IMG/VR virus record: IMGVR_UViG_2811995368_000001
Location: 11,894-75,893 of that record
DNA length: 64,000 bases
From: a virus
Lineage: Duplodnaviria > Caudoviricetes
Direction: 5' to 3' (one strand)
Below the pieces are notes generated by a model. The model saw only the letters and a program-made list of their open reading frames with translations. It was not told the origin of the DNA and did no database searches. A program made the translations under genes and the position numbers. How positions within the stretch are numbered: position 1 is the stretch's first letter; each line of letters begins with the position of its first letter. Positions 54,825 through 63,262 of the stretch are shown here, one piece after another.

Positions 54825-56087
54825 ATGTCCTTTGACTTCTCGAACGCCCAGCTCCCGCGCCTGCTGCCGCTGGAAGCCAGCTATGCCGAAAACGATGTCG
54901 AAGATGACCTGAAGCGGCTCTTCCTCGACCTCTTCAACGACATGATGGCGCCCGAGGTCTTCGACGTGAATGTGTCGGGCGCGGCGCACCTGGGTTCCTT
55001 CGACCTGGTGCGCAAGGCCGTCAATACCGATGGCCTGGTGCTGCTGCAAGGCGACCGCGAAGAGGCGGCCACCCGCTACCTGTACCGGGCCTGGAAGTCG
55101 GGCGACGTGCAGGGGCGCGGCCTGCACTTCCTGAAGACTTACCTGCAAATGCTCTTCCCGAACCAGTGCGAGATTGAGCAGCTATGGCAGGACAAGGACT
55201 ATCCGTATCCGACCGCGCTCTACACCTCGCAGCCGAGCTTCGCATGGTGGCTGCACCAGGTCGGCGAGCCGGGCCTGAAGCTGGACGGCACCTGGGGGCT
55301 TGGCCGCCGCATCGAGGGCGCAGACGAAAGCCGCAAGGATAGGGTGGTGGATACGAGCGGCATGTTCCTGACCAGCCGCATCATGATCTCGCTGGGCTTC
55401 GATGTGGATACGCAGTCCGTCGCCAAGCTCATCCAGATTATCAAGGACGTGATTCCGGCGCGCCTCGTGCCGGTGTTCCGCTTCTGGCTGAACGAATCCT
55501 TCATCCTGACCATCCTTGCGTCCTACAAGTTCTGGATGCGCAAGGACATGCTGGCGCGCTACCCGTGGTGCGGGCGCGTCATCACCGACGAGCCTTCCGG
55601 GCGCTGGAAGTTGGGCATCGACGGCGAGCTGCCGCGCCTGCCGCAGCCGTTCGGCACATTCAAGCTGGGCCACAAGTACGGCCACAAGTCGAACTGGCAC
55701 CTGCACAACTGCCGCGTGTCTGGCGCGCAGCGCGTGACCATCACCGGCGATGCGCCGGCCTGGCGCCTGGAAACTCTGCCGCTGGAAGAGTTCGAGTACG
55801 TCACGCCACCGCCGCCCACGAAGCTCTACCACCGCGTCCGCCGCCTGAATGGCAGTTGGATGGTGGGCTGTGGCCTGCACGTCGGCGCGTTCCGCCTCGA
55901 TGGCTCGCACCGTCTCCCCAATCGGAAAATGACCGAATACCCGCGCTTCGGTCAATTCAAAATCCGCAACTACCAGCAGCCCGTCCTTCAGCCTGCCGCC
56001 CCCGCCCGCCTGACGCTATCCGGCGCGTGGAAGCTGGGAGGCCCGAGGAACGCGGAATTTGAGTTCTACAAGATCGAAGGAGCGTGA
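54825..56087 (+). CDS. Baseplate/tail I-like protein
   Basis: RGLHFLKTYL, VIPARL, repeated L(D/N/S)G(T/S/A)W motifs. Confidence 0.6.
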   Translation: MSFDFSNAQLPRLLPLEASYAENDVEDDLKRLFLDLFNDMMAPEVFDVNVSGAAHLGSFDLVRKAVNTDGLVLLQGDREEAATRYLYRAWKSGDVQGRGLHFLKTYLQMLFPNQCEIEQLWQDKDYPYPTALYTSQPSFAWWLHQVGEPGLKLDGTWGLGRRIEGADESRKDRVVDTSGMFLTSRIMISLGFDVDTQSVAKLIQIIKDVIPARLVPVFRFWLNESFILTILASYKFWMRKDMLARYPWCGRVITDEPSGRWKLGIDGELPRLPQPFGTFKLGHKYGHKSNWHLHNCRVSGAQRVTITGDAPAWRLETLPLEEFEYVTPPPPTKLYHRVRRLNGSWMVGCGLHVGAFRLDGSHRLPNRKMTEYPRFGQFKIRNYQQPVLQPAAPARLTLSGAWKLGGPRNAEFEFYKIEGA

Positions 56088-56470
56088 CCGTGCCCGAAGC
56101 CGTAGTCGCCGATAGCTACCGCCGCCGCGTCGCCGCCCACATGGCCGGCACCGGGGTACTCAAGCCTATTGCGTTCATCGCATACGGCGACGGCGGACAC
56201 AACCCCGATAACACCCCGAAGCCCGCCGACAGCGGGGCCGCCGGCCTGTACCACGAGGTCAAGCGCAAGCCCGTCACGGCGCTGGTTCAAGAAGACCTCT
56301 ACTCCGCCACCGGAAAGGGCGTCGTCGAATCCGACGACCTGGCCGCCGGTGCTCTCTCCGAGGCTGCCCTGCTCGACACCGACGGCAACCTTGTCTGCTG
56401 GAAAACCTTTGCGCCGAAGTACCTGGAGAACGGGGAAACCTACGGCGTCAATCTGAAGATGCGATTCTGA
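56084..56470 (+). CDS. Tail-fibre attachment protein
   Basis: IAYGDGGH, SEAALLDTDGNLVCWKTFAPK. Confidence 0.65.
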   Translation: MTVPEAVVADSYRRRVAAHMAGTGVLKPIAFIAYGDGGHNPDNTPKPADSGAAGLYHEVKRKPVTALVQEDLYSATGKGVVESDDLAAGALSEAALLDTDGNLVCWKTFAPKYLENGETYGVNLKMRF

Positions 56471-56484
56471 AAGGAGCCTTCCCC

Positions 56485-59049
56485 ATGTCCCTGCCCAACC
56501 CGAATATCACGCCGATTCCGAACAACGAGCCGGACGCCGTTCCCTCGCTGTGGAACACGCGCTACCAGGAAATCGACGAAAACTTCACCGCCCTCGATGA
56601 GCGCCAGGCGAGCGTCGAAGACGAGCTGAACGAAGCCAAGGGCGACGCGCCCAGCTTCGCCGCGAAGATGAACCAAGTGGCGCAGGCCGTGCAAGACCTG
56701 GGCGGCGACATCGGCGATCTGCAAGGCATGACTGCGCCCATGCTGGCGCGCGCCGTGCGTCTGGACTGGGACTACTCGGGCAACAACATCAGTCTGGAAA
56801 TGTGGGTCGGCGAATACACGCTGACCGACACCCAGCCCATCGCCGTGACCTCTGCCGTGGCCGGTGACGATTCCATCGACGTGACCGATTCCAGCTTCTT
56901 CGAGCCGGGCCAGAACTACGTCATCTACAACGCGGCACACGCCGAGCAAGTCCATGTCGATGCCGTGCTGACCAGCACCCGCGTCCGCGTCTCCGCGCCG
57001 CTGGCATTCGCCTACGGCGGCGCCGGCGCGTTCCTGGCTCGCACCTCGTTTGCCGTCGCCAACGGCACGGCCCAAGCCAAGCCCGGCGCAGCCTACTTCA
57101 GCAAGCCTATCAATCTGGGCTTCGACGGCTCCAAGCGCGCCGTGGTCATCCGCCGCACGCCCACCGCATCCGTCGTGAATGTCGATTTTCTGATCGATGG
57201 CAATTGGGTGAGTGCGCCGCTCGCCTGGACGCGCTCCGGCGGCAAGGTGCCGGAAGGCTATATCGACTGCGAATACGAACTTCTGGTCAATGGCGACACC
57301 GCGCTGCGCGTGACCGTCGTCGGCGGCGCCGGTAATACCGAGATCCAGCACATCATCGGCCTGGGCACCGTCACCGGCCTGCGTGGCACGCACACGTCGC
57401 CGCTGAAGCCCGTCATGTCCAACCCCGTCGATGGCGCGACGAACCTGACCGACCGCCCGACGCTGGGCCTGACCGGCTATTCCTCGCCCACCGACACGCC
57501 CGTGGGCGCAGTGCAGTTCCAAGTGTCCGCCACCGCCGACTTCGCCGAGGTCATCATCGACAGCGGCACGCAAGTGGGCGGCCTGTCCTGGCAAGAAATC
57601 GGCCTGCGCCTGCAAGTCAGCAGCAGCTACTTCGCCCGTGGCCGCGCGCGCGACGCCGAGGGCGCATGGTCGCCGTGGTCTGACCCTGTTTCGTTCTCCA
57701 CGGCAGCGTCCTTCGTCTATGTGCAGGCGCCCTCGAACGTCGGCCCGGCCAACAACCTGACCAACGTCGCCGACACGCCCACGCTCTCGTCCAGCAGCTT
57801 CGCCGTCTATGCTGGTTCGGATACCCAGGCGGCGGCCCAGTGGCAAATCCGCGAAGCCAGCGCGTCCTACGACGCCTCCACCCTGGACACCGGCGAAGAT
57901 GCCACGCATCTGACCTCGCTGGCCGTTCCCGCCGGCGTGCTGAAGTCCTCGAACACGCAATATTTCTGGCGCGTCCGCCACAAGGGCACCGCGCATGGCT
58001 GGTCGGAATGGTCGGTGGAAACGAAGTTCACCACCAAGAAGATTTTCGGCACCGTCGTCGGTATCGCCCTGATTTCGACGGGCGCGACTTCCGGTTCCTG
58101 GGCGCGCATCGACGAGGATGGCAACGCGAAGACCACCGACGCAGCCTTCTTCAACGCGCACCCGACCTACTCTGGCATCGTCGATCAGACCATCGACAGT
58201 CAGGCGATGGTCAAGGTGCCGGCCTTCTACATCAAGACCGGCCTTGTGGCGTCCGGTGCCTACGTCGGCAAGAAGGCGATCTGGGTTTCCGACAAGAAGG
58301 AAACTGGCTTCGAGCTGCACCCGGCTTTCAAGAACGCCGGCGCTGACCTGGCCCAGTATTGGGTCGGCAAGTACCAGGGTTCCAATGCTTCGGGCAACAA
58401 GCTGGCGTCCGTCACCGGCGTCGCTCCGCTGGTTTCCATCGACTTCCCGACGATGCAGGCCCGCGCGAACGCGCGCAACACCGGGGGCGTTACGGGCTTC
58501 TCGCTCTGGAACATCTACCAGCTCTCCGCGCTTCAGATGCTGGCCCTCATCGAACTGGGCAACCCGGACGCGCAGACCCTGATCGGCCAAGGCAACTCGA
58601 ACAGCTCCGCCGCTACCAACGTCGATGCGTCGCCCACGTCGCAAGCCTCGTGGCGCGGCATCATCGGCCTCTGGTCGAACGTCTGGCAGATGGTCGATGG
58701 ACTGCAAACCGACGCCAGCCTGAAATACAAAATCTGGGACAAACAGGGAAAAAAGACCTACATCACCACGAACCAGGTGGCGCCGTCGGCTTCGGCCTCC
58801 TACCCGGTCACGATGTCCGTGGATGCCGGCGCGAACTACGACCTGTCGCAAGTGTTCCTGCCCGCCACCATCGACGCTTCGGCCTCGAACGGCACGTATG
58901 CGGACGCCTTCTGGTCGGCTGCGAACTGCGTGGCCTACCACGGCGGCTGTTGGGCGAACGGGGCGAACGGTGGGTTGTTCTGCCTCGGTGTCGATAATCC
59001 CGCGTCGAGCGTCTACACGGGTCTCGGCGGTCGCCTCGCAAAGGTGTAA
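56485..59049 (+). CDS. Tail fibre/receptor-binding protein, DGR target 1 (two FN3-like domains + C-terminal CLec-fold domain)
   Basis: End of tail operon; WSPWS and WSEWS FN3-like modules; C-terminal VR1 ending GGRLAKV. Confidence 0.9.
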   Translation: MSLPNPNITPIPNNEPDAVPSLWNTRYQEIDENFTALDERQASVEDELNEAKGDAPSFAAKMNQVAQAVQDLGGDIGDLQGMTAPMLARAVRLDWDYSGNNISLEMWVGEYTLTDTQPIAVTSAVAGDDSIDVTDSSFFEPGQNYVIYNAAHAEQVHVDAVLTSTRVRVSAPLAFAYGGAGAFLARTSFAVANGTAQAKPGAAYFSKPINLGFDGSKRAVVIRRTPTASVVNVDFLIDGNWVSAPLAWTRSGGKVPEGYIDCEYELLVNGDTALRVTVVGGAGNTEIQHIIGLGTVTGLRGTHTSPLKPVMSNPVDGATNLTDRPTLGLTGYSSPTDTPVGAVQFQVSATADFAEVIIDSGTQVGGLSWQEIGLRLQVSSSYFARGRARDAEGAWSPWSDPVSFSTAASFVYVQAPSNVGPANNLTNVADTPTLSSSSFAVYAGSDTQAAAQWQIREASASYDASTLDTGEDATHLTSLAVPAGVLKSSNTQYFWRVRHKGTAHGWSEWSVETKFTTKKIFGTVVGIALISTGATSGSWARIDEDGNAKTTDAAFFNAHPTYSGIVDQTIDSQAMVKVPAFYIKTGLVASGAYVGKKAIWVSDKKETGFELHPAFKNAGADLAQYWVGKYQGSNASGNKLASVTGVAPLVSIDFPTMQARANARNTGGVTGFSLWNIYQLSALQMLALIELGNPDAQTLIGQGNSNSSAATNVDASPTSQASWRGIIGLWSNVWQMVDGLQTDASLKYKIWDKQGKKTYITTNQVAPSASASYPVTMSVDAGANYDLSQVFLPATIDASASNGTYADAFWSAANCVAYHGGCWANGANGGLFCLGVDNPASSVYTGLGGRLAKV
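58939..59042 (+). repeat. DGR variable repeat VR1
   Basis: 104 bp, 92/104 identical to TR; all 12 mismatches at TR adenines. Confidence 0.96.
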
Positions 59050-59080
59050 TGGGTCATGTGACCTGTGTCATGTAGCAGTT

Positions 59081-59106
59081 GGGCGAGCGCGCCAAGCGCG
59101 CCGCCC
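59081..59106 (+). promoter_or_regulatory. DGR target-recognition hairpin downstream of VR1/IMH
   Basis: GGGCG-A-GCGCGC-CAA-GCGCGC-CGCCC; same architecture as hairpin after VR2. Confidence 0.8.
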
Positions 59107-59126
59107 CATGAAGAAAGGAGCAGTAA

Positions 59127-59708
59127 ATGCAAATTCAAGACGGTAATCTGGTGGTGGAAGTCGAAGGCTCCACCATGACCGTGCCGCTGCCCGAAGTGGC
59201 AACCGCTGCCAAGGTCAAGGCGTATCTCGTCCCCGAGGCGTACCGTCCCGGTCGCCTGTTCGTTTCGGTCACGCTTCCCGGCCAGCCGGAAGAAGTGCCG
59301 GCGTGCGGCCAGGATCTGGTCGAACTGCTGGGCGAGGACACTCTCGAAGCCAGCGACGCGGCCATCCTCAACGCGGCCAAGGCGGCCAAGCTGACCGAAA
59401 TCAACGCCGAGTGCCAGAAAGCGGTGGCCGCGCTGGCGAAGGACTACCCGGACAGCGAAGTGCAATCCTGGCCCCAGCAGGTCAAGGAAGCCACGGCCCT
59501 GTCCGCTGACCCGCAAGCCGACGCGCCGCTGCTGACTGCCATCGCCACGGCGCGCGGCCTCCCGGTCGCCGAGCTGGCCTCGCGCGTTCTCGACAAGATG
59601 AACGCCTATGCGGCGGCGTCCGGCGTGCTGATCGGGCAGCGCCAGGCCGCCGAATACCTCATCACCGCAGCCGAAGACCTGGAAGCCCTGTCCGCCATTT
59701 CCTGGTAA
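59127..59708 (+). CDS. Tail fibre assembly-like protein
   Basis: YPDSEVQSWPQQVKEA...APLLTAIATARG pattern; follows fibre gene. Confidence 0.7.
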   Translation: MQIQDGNLVVEVEGSTMTVPLPEVATAAKVKAYLVPEAYRPGRLFVSVTLPGQPEEVPACGQDLVELLGEDTLEASDAAILNAAKAAKLTEINAECQKAVAALAKDYPDSEVQSWPQQVKEATALSADPQADAPLLTAIATARGLPVAELASRVLDKMNAYAAASGVLIGQRQAAEYLITAAEDLEALSAISW

Positions 59709-59724
59709 GCGGGCGAGGTGCCAG

Positions 59725-60033
59725 GTGAAGCAATACTGCGCACGCCTCGCCCTGCTGCTGGGTTCCATGTTGATGACGCTGGCGGGGAACCTGCTGGCGC
59801 TGGCGTCGGCCATCGCGGGAAGTGACCGCGCTTTCCGTGTCGCCGTCTCCAACGACCAGACCCTGAACGCCGCGCTCGACGGCAGCGAGGATGAAACCAT
59901 CAGCAGCCGCGCCGGAAAGGCCGCCCGCGAGGGCAAGCGGTGGGGGTGCGTCCTGTGCAGGCTGCTCAACGTCTTCGACAACGACCATTGCCAGAAGACC
60001 ATCGAAGAGGACGAAGGAGAGAGGCTGGTTTGA
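59725..60033 (+). CDS. Conserved small phage protein
   Basis: DQTLNAAL.G..DETISSRAG...LC..L...D.DHC. Confidence 0.65.
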   Translation: MKQYCARLALLLGSMLMTLAGNLLALASAIAGSDRAFRVAVSNDQTLNAALDGSEDETISSRAGKAAREGKRWGCVLCRLLNVFDNDHCQKTIEEDEGERLV

Positions 60034-60386
60034 AAAACAACGACGCATACCAAAAGCTCATCACCAAGTTGGAAGAACTCGACGCCTATACGCACACCGT
60101 CCTGCATCAGTTCCCGAAGCTCGAAAGGCATCTGCTCTGCGCTGAAATGCGCGCCGCCATGAACAAGGTATGCCGTCTGGCCGTCGTGGCGTGGAAGCGC
60201 CGCCAGAAGGCTTCGTCGCTTTTCGATTTGGACGTGGAGATCGAGGTGTTCCGGCACTTCATCCGCAAGGCCCACCGCCTCGAATACATCAACACGCATC
60301 GCCTGGAAGTCTGGATGAGACACACCAATGAGATAGGCCGCATGGTCGGCGCGTGGATCAAACACGAAGGAGCCGCCATGTCGTAG
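60030..60386 (+). CDS. avd: DGR accessory variability determinant
   Basis: TTG start after GAAGGAG; 118 aa basic helical protein QFPKLERHLL...LDVEIE...EIGRMVGAW; directly upstream of TR. Confidence 0.9.
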   Translation: MKNNDAYQKLITKLEELDAYTHTVLHQFPKLERHLLCAEMRAAMNKVCRLAVVAWKRRQKASSLFDLDVEIEVFRHFIRKAHRLEYINTHRLEVWMRHTNEIGRMVGAWIKHEGAAMS

Positions 60387-60419
60387 CACCCCCAGTTTTT
60401 TGAAAGGGCAAGGGCTTAT

Positions 60420-60523
60420 AACGGCGGCAATTGGGCGAACGGGGCGAACGATGGGTTGTTCTGCCTCAATGTCAATAATCCCGCGTCGAACGTCAACACG
60501 AATATCGGCGGTCGCCTCGCAAA
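60420..60523 (+). repeat. DGR template repeat (TR)
   Basis: AAC/AAT-rich copy of both VRs between avd and RT; 3' end GCAAACGAC differs from VR GCAAAGGTG (IMH* vs IMH). Confidence 0.96.
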
Positions 60524-60530
60524 CGACTAA

Positions 60531-60684
60531 TGCCAGAAGGCGCGCGGCCCACGGGCCGCCGTCCAGTGCATATCCTTTGGGGCCTTTGTCCAGACCATGT
60601 TGTCGAAGATCAACAGGGCGCTGCGGCCAGTAGCCGGGAAACCGGCGGACGTGGCAGCGCCCGACCACTCCCGAATAGGAAGAC
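60531..60684 (+). ncRNA. Structured TR-RT spacer of DGR RNA
   Basis: GCGGCC-CACG-GGCCGC hairpin; GGGCGCTGC...GCAGCGCCC stem (60616-60662) enclosing GCCGG-GAAA-CCGGC. Confidence 0.6.
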
Positions 60685-61749
60685 ATGCCGCGCACCGTAA
60701 ATGGCCTATGGGAAGAGCTGACCACCTTTGAAAACCTGCACCTCGCCTACATGGGCGCGCGTGACGGGAAGCGGTATCGCAACGAGGTGATGCAGTTCTC
60801 GGTAGAGGCCGAAGAAAACCTCTTCAACATCCAGAATCACATGCTCTGGAAGACTTGGAAACCCGGCCCGCAGCGCGAGTTCGTGGTACGCGAGCCAAAG
60901 CTGCGCCTGATTCAGGCTCCGCCATTCCAGGATCGCGTCGTTCATCATGCGCTGGTGCAGGTCGTAGAGCCGCACTTCGAGCGCCGCTTCATTTCCGACA
61001 GCTACGCCTGCCGCGAAGGCAAAGGCACCCAGCGCGCCGTCATGCGCGTGCAGCACTTCCTGCGCGTGGCGAAGCGGAACTGGGGCGACGGCATCTACGT
61101 GGTGAAGGCGGACATCAGCAAGTATTTCGCCAGCATCCAGCACCACATCCTCATGGACGAGGTGGAGCGCGTCATTTCGGATCCTGACGTGCTCTGGCTG
61201 TGGCGCCAGGTCATCAGCGGCTACGGGCACGAAGCCGGCTTGGGCCTGCCGGTGGGCGCGCTGACAAGCCAGCTCGGCGCGAACATCGTCCTGAACCGCC
61301 TCGATCACATCGTCAAGGACGACATGGGCGTGCGCTTCTACGCTCGATACATGGACGACTTCGTGGCCGTGCTGCCCGACAAGGCCAGCGCCCAGCGCGT
61401 GCTCCGTGAAATGGAGCGCATCGTGAATAGCCTGGGCCTGTCGCTCAACCCGAAGACGGCAATCCACCCGTGGCAGCGCGGCATCGACTTTTGCGGCTAC
61501 CGCATCTGGCCGACGCACATCCTTCCCCGCAAGCGCAACATCAAGCGTGCCCGCGCCGACTTCCGCCGGCTCATGTGCGAACACTTCGTGGGCGAGGTGA
61601 GCCTGGCCGAAGTACGCCAGCGGGTGATGTCGTTCCTCGCCTATGCGAAGCATTGCCAGGCCCAGCGCACCGTCGAAGGCGTGCTTGGCGACTTGGTACT
61701 GGTTCCCGGCCTGCGCGACATCCCCGAACGGCTGGCGCTAGGCGGCTGA
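60685..61749 (+). CDS. DGR reverse transcriptase
   Basis: 354 aa; PKLRLI, FQDRVVHHA, SYACR.GKG, KADISKYF, GLPVGALTSQ, RYMDDF, GIDFCGY; no maturase or nuclease domain. Confidence 0.96.
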   Translation: MPRTVNGLWEELTTFENLHLAYMGARDGKRYRNEVMQFSVEAEENLFNIQNHMLWKTWKPGPQREFVVREPKLRLIQAPPFQDRVVHHALVQVVEPHFERRFISDSYACREGKGTQRAVMRVQHFLRVAKRNWGDGIYVVKADISKYFASIQHHILMDEVERVISDPDVLWLWRQVISGYGHEAGLGLPVGALTSQLGANIVLNRLDHIVKDDMGVRFYARYMDDFVAVLPDKASAQRVLREMERIVNSLGLSLNPKTAIHPWQRGIDFCGYRIWPTHILPRKRNIKRARADFRRLMCEHFVGEVSLAEVRQRVMSFLAYAKHCQAQRTVEGVLGDLVLVPGLRDIPERLALGG

Positions 61750-63030
61750 CAGCAGGCGGATGACGTTGTTGCTCTGTGTGGGCTTGACGAACGCCGGCGC
61801 GGGCGCGCCGGTTTCGCAGGCCACGATGAACTCGCACCATTTTTCAAGGGCCTCGCGGCGCTCTGGCCGTTCCTCGCGCACGTCGTAAATCTCGTCCAGC
61901 TCGCCCAGCTTGTGGTTAAGCGCCACCTCGGATTCCTCCCACGACACGCCCATGTTGCGCAGGTGGCCCTTGGCCGTGGAGCGAGTGTCGTGCGGGGTGA
62001 ATTTGCGGATCTCGATGTCGTGCCGCTCGAAGGCGCGGCGGATTGATGCCCAGAGGGTCGTTTCGCCGACGTGGGTATCGCCGCCCTTGTTCCGCCGCCG
62101 GCGCTCCTGGCGCGCGGGCAGCACGTAGATGGATTCCCCGGACATTTCAAACAAGGCGCGGAACCACTCGATCACCACGGGCGTGAGCGGCACCAGGAAG
62201 CCCCGGCGGGTCTTCACCGATTCGTCTGGCACCCACCACATCCCCAGCTCAAGGAAGACGTGCTCCTTCTTGGCCTTAGCCAGCTCGACGCCGCGCACGC
62301 ACGTTGCAAGCAGGATGCGGAAGGCGTAGGCATTCTCCGTGCCGATGAGTTCGATGTCTGGCAGCAGTTCGCGCAGCTCTTCTTCCATGAGCATGACGCG
62401 CTTGCGGATGGGCGGACGAGGCCCCTTGATGGACTTCAGCTTGACGCCGGTGCAGGGATTGGCGGCGATGATTTTCAGGCCGCAGGCGTGGTCGAACAGC
62501 TTGGATGTAGAGGTGAGGATGCGCTTCGATACCGTCCAGGTGCGCTTGCAGTCGGTGAGCATCGCCACGATGTCGATGGACGTGACGCGCTGCACGGGGC
62601 GCGCGCCGATGTAGGGGATGATGATTTGGTCGTAGTCGCGGTTGCGGTAGTCGATGGTGTCCTGGGCGTACTCGGTGAGCAGCAGACACTTTTCCCTGTA
62701 GTCGGCGATCAGGTCGCGCACGCTCCACGCGGCCTGCACCCGGTTCTTTTCTTCTTGCTTTTCGATAGCCGGGTCGCGGCCCTCGTCGATGGCGACACGG
62801 GCGACGCGGGCCTTCTCGCGTGCGGAGGCCAGGGAAACGTCGGGGTAGTTCCCGATGGTGAGTTCGCGCCGGCGGCCTTTGCCGATGCGGTAGCGGAGAA
62901 TCCATGTCGCCGTGCCGGCGCGGGATAGGGTGAAGGTGAGGCCGTCGCCATCGGAGCGCGCGATGGCTTCGCCTTTCGATACCCAGTTCCTGATCTGGAT
63001 GTCGTTCAGCAGGTGTGTGAGTTTTGCCAA
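61738..63030 (-). CDS. int: Tyrosine integrase with arm DNA-binding domain
   Basis: DGDGL...W.LRYR...GNYPDVSLA.AR N-domain; catalytic R (CVRGVE), HDTR, LNH, Y. Confidence 0.93.
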   Translation of the reverse strand: MAKLTHLLNDIQIRNWVSKGEAIARSDGDGLTFTLSRAGTATWILRYRIGKGRRRELTIGNYPDVSLASAREKARVARVAIDEGRDPAIEKQEEKNRVQAAWSVRDLIADYREKCLLLTEYAQDTIDYRNRDYDQIIIPYIGARPVQRVTSIDIVAMLTDCKRTWTVSKRILTSTSKLFDHACGLKIIAANPCTGVKLKSIKGPRPPIRKRVMLMEEELRELLPDIELIGTENAYAFRILLATCVRGVELAKAKKEHVFLELGMWWVPDESVKTRRGFLVPLTPVVIEWFRALFEMSGESIYVLPARQERRRRNKGGDTHVGETTLWASIRRAFERHDIEIRKFTPHDTRSTAKGHLRNMGVSWEESEVALNHKLGELDEIYDVREERPERREALEKWCEFIVACETGAPAPAFVKPTQSNNVIRLLSAA

Positions 63031-63048
63031 GTAGCCCCTCCCTTCGGG

Positions 63049-63098
63049 GTGGGTAGCTAGTTGGCCGGGAGCTTCTAGCTACCCACCTAGCTACCCAC
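63049..63098. repeat. Integrase arm-type binding sites (12-bp repeat x3)
   Basis: GTGGGTAGCTAG 63049-63060 inverted relative to tandem CTAGCTACCCAC 63075-63086 and 63087-63098. Confidence 0.75.
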
Positions 63099-63262
63099 TT
63101 TATGCGCGATGTAGGGGCGCATCTTGACACGCTACGAAACGATGATTCAAGAGGTTGCGGGGAGAAGTAGGGGAGTTAGGAACGTATTGAGACGTTATGG
63201 AACGCTAATTTAGTTCGCAGGTGGCAAGTTGCATGAGTGTCCTTCGATGTTAGGCGGCAGGT

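Larger units (their letters stand above)
1..63200. mobile_element. Integrated temperate prophage (lambdoid early region + P1-like contractile-tail morphogenesis module + DGR); left boundary outside window, right boundary approximate
   Basis: Continuous phage gene content from recombinase to integrase; host riboflavin synthase follows the integrase and arm-repeat region. Confidence 0.95.

Noticed and set aside
60400-60633. 77-aa ORF over TR, and similar alternate-frame ORFs at 58823-59146 and 3044-3880
   Set aside because: Off-frame translations of the TR/VR repeat; their similarity is explained by the DNA repeat
60685-61749. RT as group II intron, retron or Abi-type RT
   Set aside because: No maturase or endonuclease domain; avd, TR and adenine-specific VRs identify a DGR
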